Both the position numbers and the translations under genes were made by a program. The notes under the pieces are model-generated. The model searched no databases and was not told the origin of the DNA. It saw only the letters and a program-made list of their open reading frames with translations. From Tubiluchus corallicola (lineage: Eukaryota; Animalia; Priapulida), in assembly GCA_030141605.1 (NCBI GenBank), contig JAQGDQ010000112.1, positions 124,001 to 188,000 of the forward strand: a DNA stretch of 64,000 bases, read 5' to 3'. Numbering within the stretch: the first letter of the stretch is position 1; each line of letters opens with the position of its first letter. This document shows, one piece after another, positions 55,590 to 64,000 of the stretch.

Positions 55590-55652
55590 GCTAGACTCGA
55601 ACTCAAGACTGTGTAGTTGCAGTCCGAAATCTAGACCACTCGGCCACCCTAC
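55590..55652 (-). mobile_element. tRNA-derived SINE head remnant
   Basis: The minus strand GGTGGCCGAGTGGTCTAG...GAGTTCGAGTC carries A- and B-box-like motifs, but the cloverleaf is degenerate. Confidence 0.55.
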
Positions 55653-56444
55653 CCAGGACTGTGATTAAACGTTCCGTACTTGAGTAAAATAAAAATGACA
55701 TAGTAAAATTATAATTTTATTACAGATAAAAATACGAAGAAAATGAAGAAATGGTATACCGGACACTTAAAATAACTTTTCTGCAACTGCAGCTGAAGCA
55801 AAAGACATAAGTCTTTCAGTAATTACAGTACGCAGACATCGATTGCAGTAATTAATTGCAGTAATAAATCTATTATTATGCAATAGTATCCTCCGTCAAG
55901 AAGGATATGTCTTCTTTATTGTTGATTGTTAGTTAGTTTATTAGTTAACTAGTTTACACACTAACTACTCTACGGATTTCCACGAAACTTTCTGGCAGAG
56001 GTGGAACGTGGAACAATGAAGAATTCAACTCTAACAATGAGCAATTAAGAATAGCGAAAGAAAATAAATTTTTCTTGATTATTTATTGGCTTGCACGGGT
56101 AAATTTGTGTGTTGCCACAATACAGCATTGCGGAAAAATTGCAAAAAGCAAACGTGTGCCTCATACACCCAGTCGACGTCAGAATTATTGGTGACCTATT
56201 CGTAATTCGTATATCGTAAGCGACAATAGAGTATAGCAATAATTGCATTGGCGGAGGTCTTTGCTCTATTGAGTGCCATTTTAGTATTGCAACATCCCGT
56301 CACATCCTTTTACAAAAAAGGTCAGAGGTTGCTAAAAATCTCTTATTCTGGTTCTGACTGGATAATCCGTTAATTCCAATTACGGATATGACGTTGATGG
56401 GGTGTAAACCGAAAAATTTTAAGGTGAACGATGAATGGAGATGT

Positions 56445-56622
56445 TATCAACGACATCAGGAGAGTTACAGTCAACTACTTTTTTGGAGAGAGTATTCCAC
56501 GATGAGATTGTACGTTGGAAAAGTGAAAACTTATATGTTGAAGATAAGCTCAAAGCTGGCTTAAATTTGTAGAAATGATGTGACACTTGTACGTTGCAGA
56601 ACAGGAATTAAACGTGAGAATG
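56445..56622 (-). mobile_element. LINE ORF2 C-terminal remnant
   Basis: Minus translation YKFSLFQRTISSWNTLSKKVV resembles the SFFPRTI..WN.LP..VV terminus of non-LTR ORF2. Confidence 0.65.
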
Positions 56623-57237
56623 AAATTATCAATAAATAGTAAATTCTAAGTTTCCTTCCCGAAAGCTACAAGTAAGCTTTGGATTTAAATTTGTCTGAGC
56701 ATTTGGTGCAATTGAATACACAAATCATCAGAAAAGGCTGACATTGTAGCTTAATAATTTTCTTAATTTAAAAAAAAGTTTTGCCCTGCGTAGAGCGTTG
56801 TCAACGTTGACGAAAATTAGTATCCTAAAAACAAACATGTAAACGAAACTCTTGATTCACGAGAGCGTTGTTAATATTAATCTTTATCAATGTCGACATT
56901 ATTCTACGTGGAGCGAAACGTGTGTTAAATAAATAAAGTTAAACTGCATGTACACAAAGCCTTGATATAATATATATATTACATGCTGTAAAAATGTATA
57001 GAGTAAATATTAACGTGTCGATCATATAGATCAAATAATGCAACTTAAAAAACGTATTATATGTTAAGTATTCAGTAGGTACTGTAATTTATGGATAGTA
57101 TAAATTTATGGTACCCGAGCAAAGTGCAAAATGATTGTACAATATTATTAACACTAGAGCTGAACCTACCTACCTACCTACTGGTTTCCACCTCTTTTGG
57201 AGCATTTCAAAGTGGGCTTGGTGAAAAAGAATCGAAA

Positions 57238-63732
<6,495 letters not shown>

Positions 63733-64000
63733 GTAATGTTAATACCTCCCTTGAACACGTCACGTTTTCACTGATTGTACAAATAAGAGTTTAATTAAAT
63801 TTTGGCCACAAACTTGAATAACAGAAAAGTCAGGATACAGCTCTGATTTGAACCCGTGAGTTTTTGCTTATCCAGAAGACACCTTAGGTCACTACTGTAA
63901 GTCACTATATCCCCAGGAATCAGAGCAGTTCTCATCAAGCTCATCCTTTGTAGACGGTTGGACATTTTCCGCTTTTCAAGTCTGATGTCAAAATTTAATT

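Noticed and set aside
55590-55652. Functional tRNA gene (also tRNA-like pieces at about 58035-58090 and 63845-63900)
   Set aside because: A/B-box remnants only; the stems do not form a proper cloverleaf. More likely SINE heads.
57091-57237. N-terminal extension of the aminopeptidase ORF from ATG 57091
   Set aside because: ATG 57238 (AAAATGA context) gives the usual short cytoplasmic tail before the TM anchor. The extension is AT-rich and looks like UTR.

Overview
AT-rich, intron-rich, microsatellite-laden animal genomic DNA. It is not prokaryotic, and a luqin/RYamide-type receptor points to a non-chordate invertebrate. Manual splicing, with GT-AG junctions and phase-consistent frames, gives six protein-coding genes. 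(1) A 3-exon luqin/RYamide-type neuropeptide GPCR (+, 6566-15603). (2) A secreted, bacterial-type sphingomyelinase C-like EEP phosphodiesterase whose catalytic domain is one exon and whose signal peptide is built from two mini-exons (+, 18625-23144). (3) An 8-exon CHST15-like Golgi sulfotransferase (-, 24688-40046). (4) An uncharacterised 7-exon type I membrane protein with an S/T stalk, SEA-like domain and a signalling/PDZ-type tail (+, 41567-48856). (5) A DUF4806/BEN-like protein (-, 49798-52616). (6) The 5' part of an M1 aminopeptidase N-like gene (+, 57238 to beyond the window end). Introns and intergenic DNA carry hAT, pogo/Tigger and T2/Kolobok-type MITEs, foldback elements, LINE and SINE remnants, and many simple repeats. 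Most ORFs in the supplied track are repeat artefacts. The most notable candidate is the apparently domesticated bacterial-type sphingomyelinase. All family assignments come from motif recognition by eye, not from database searches.
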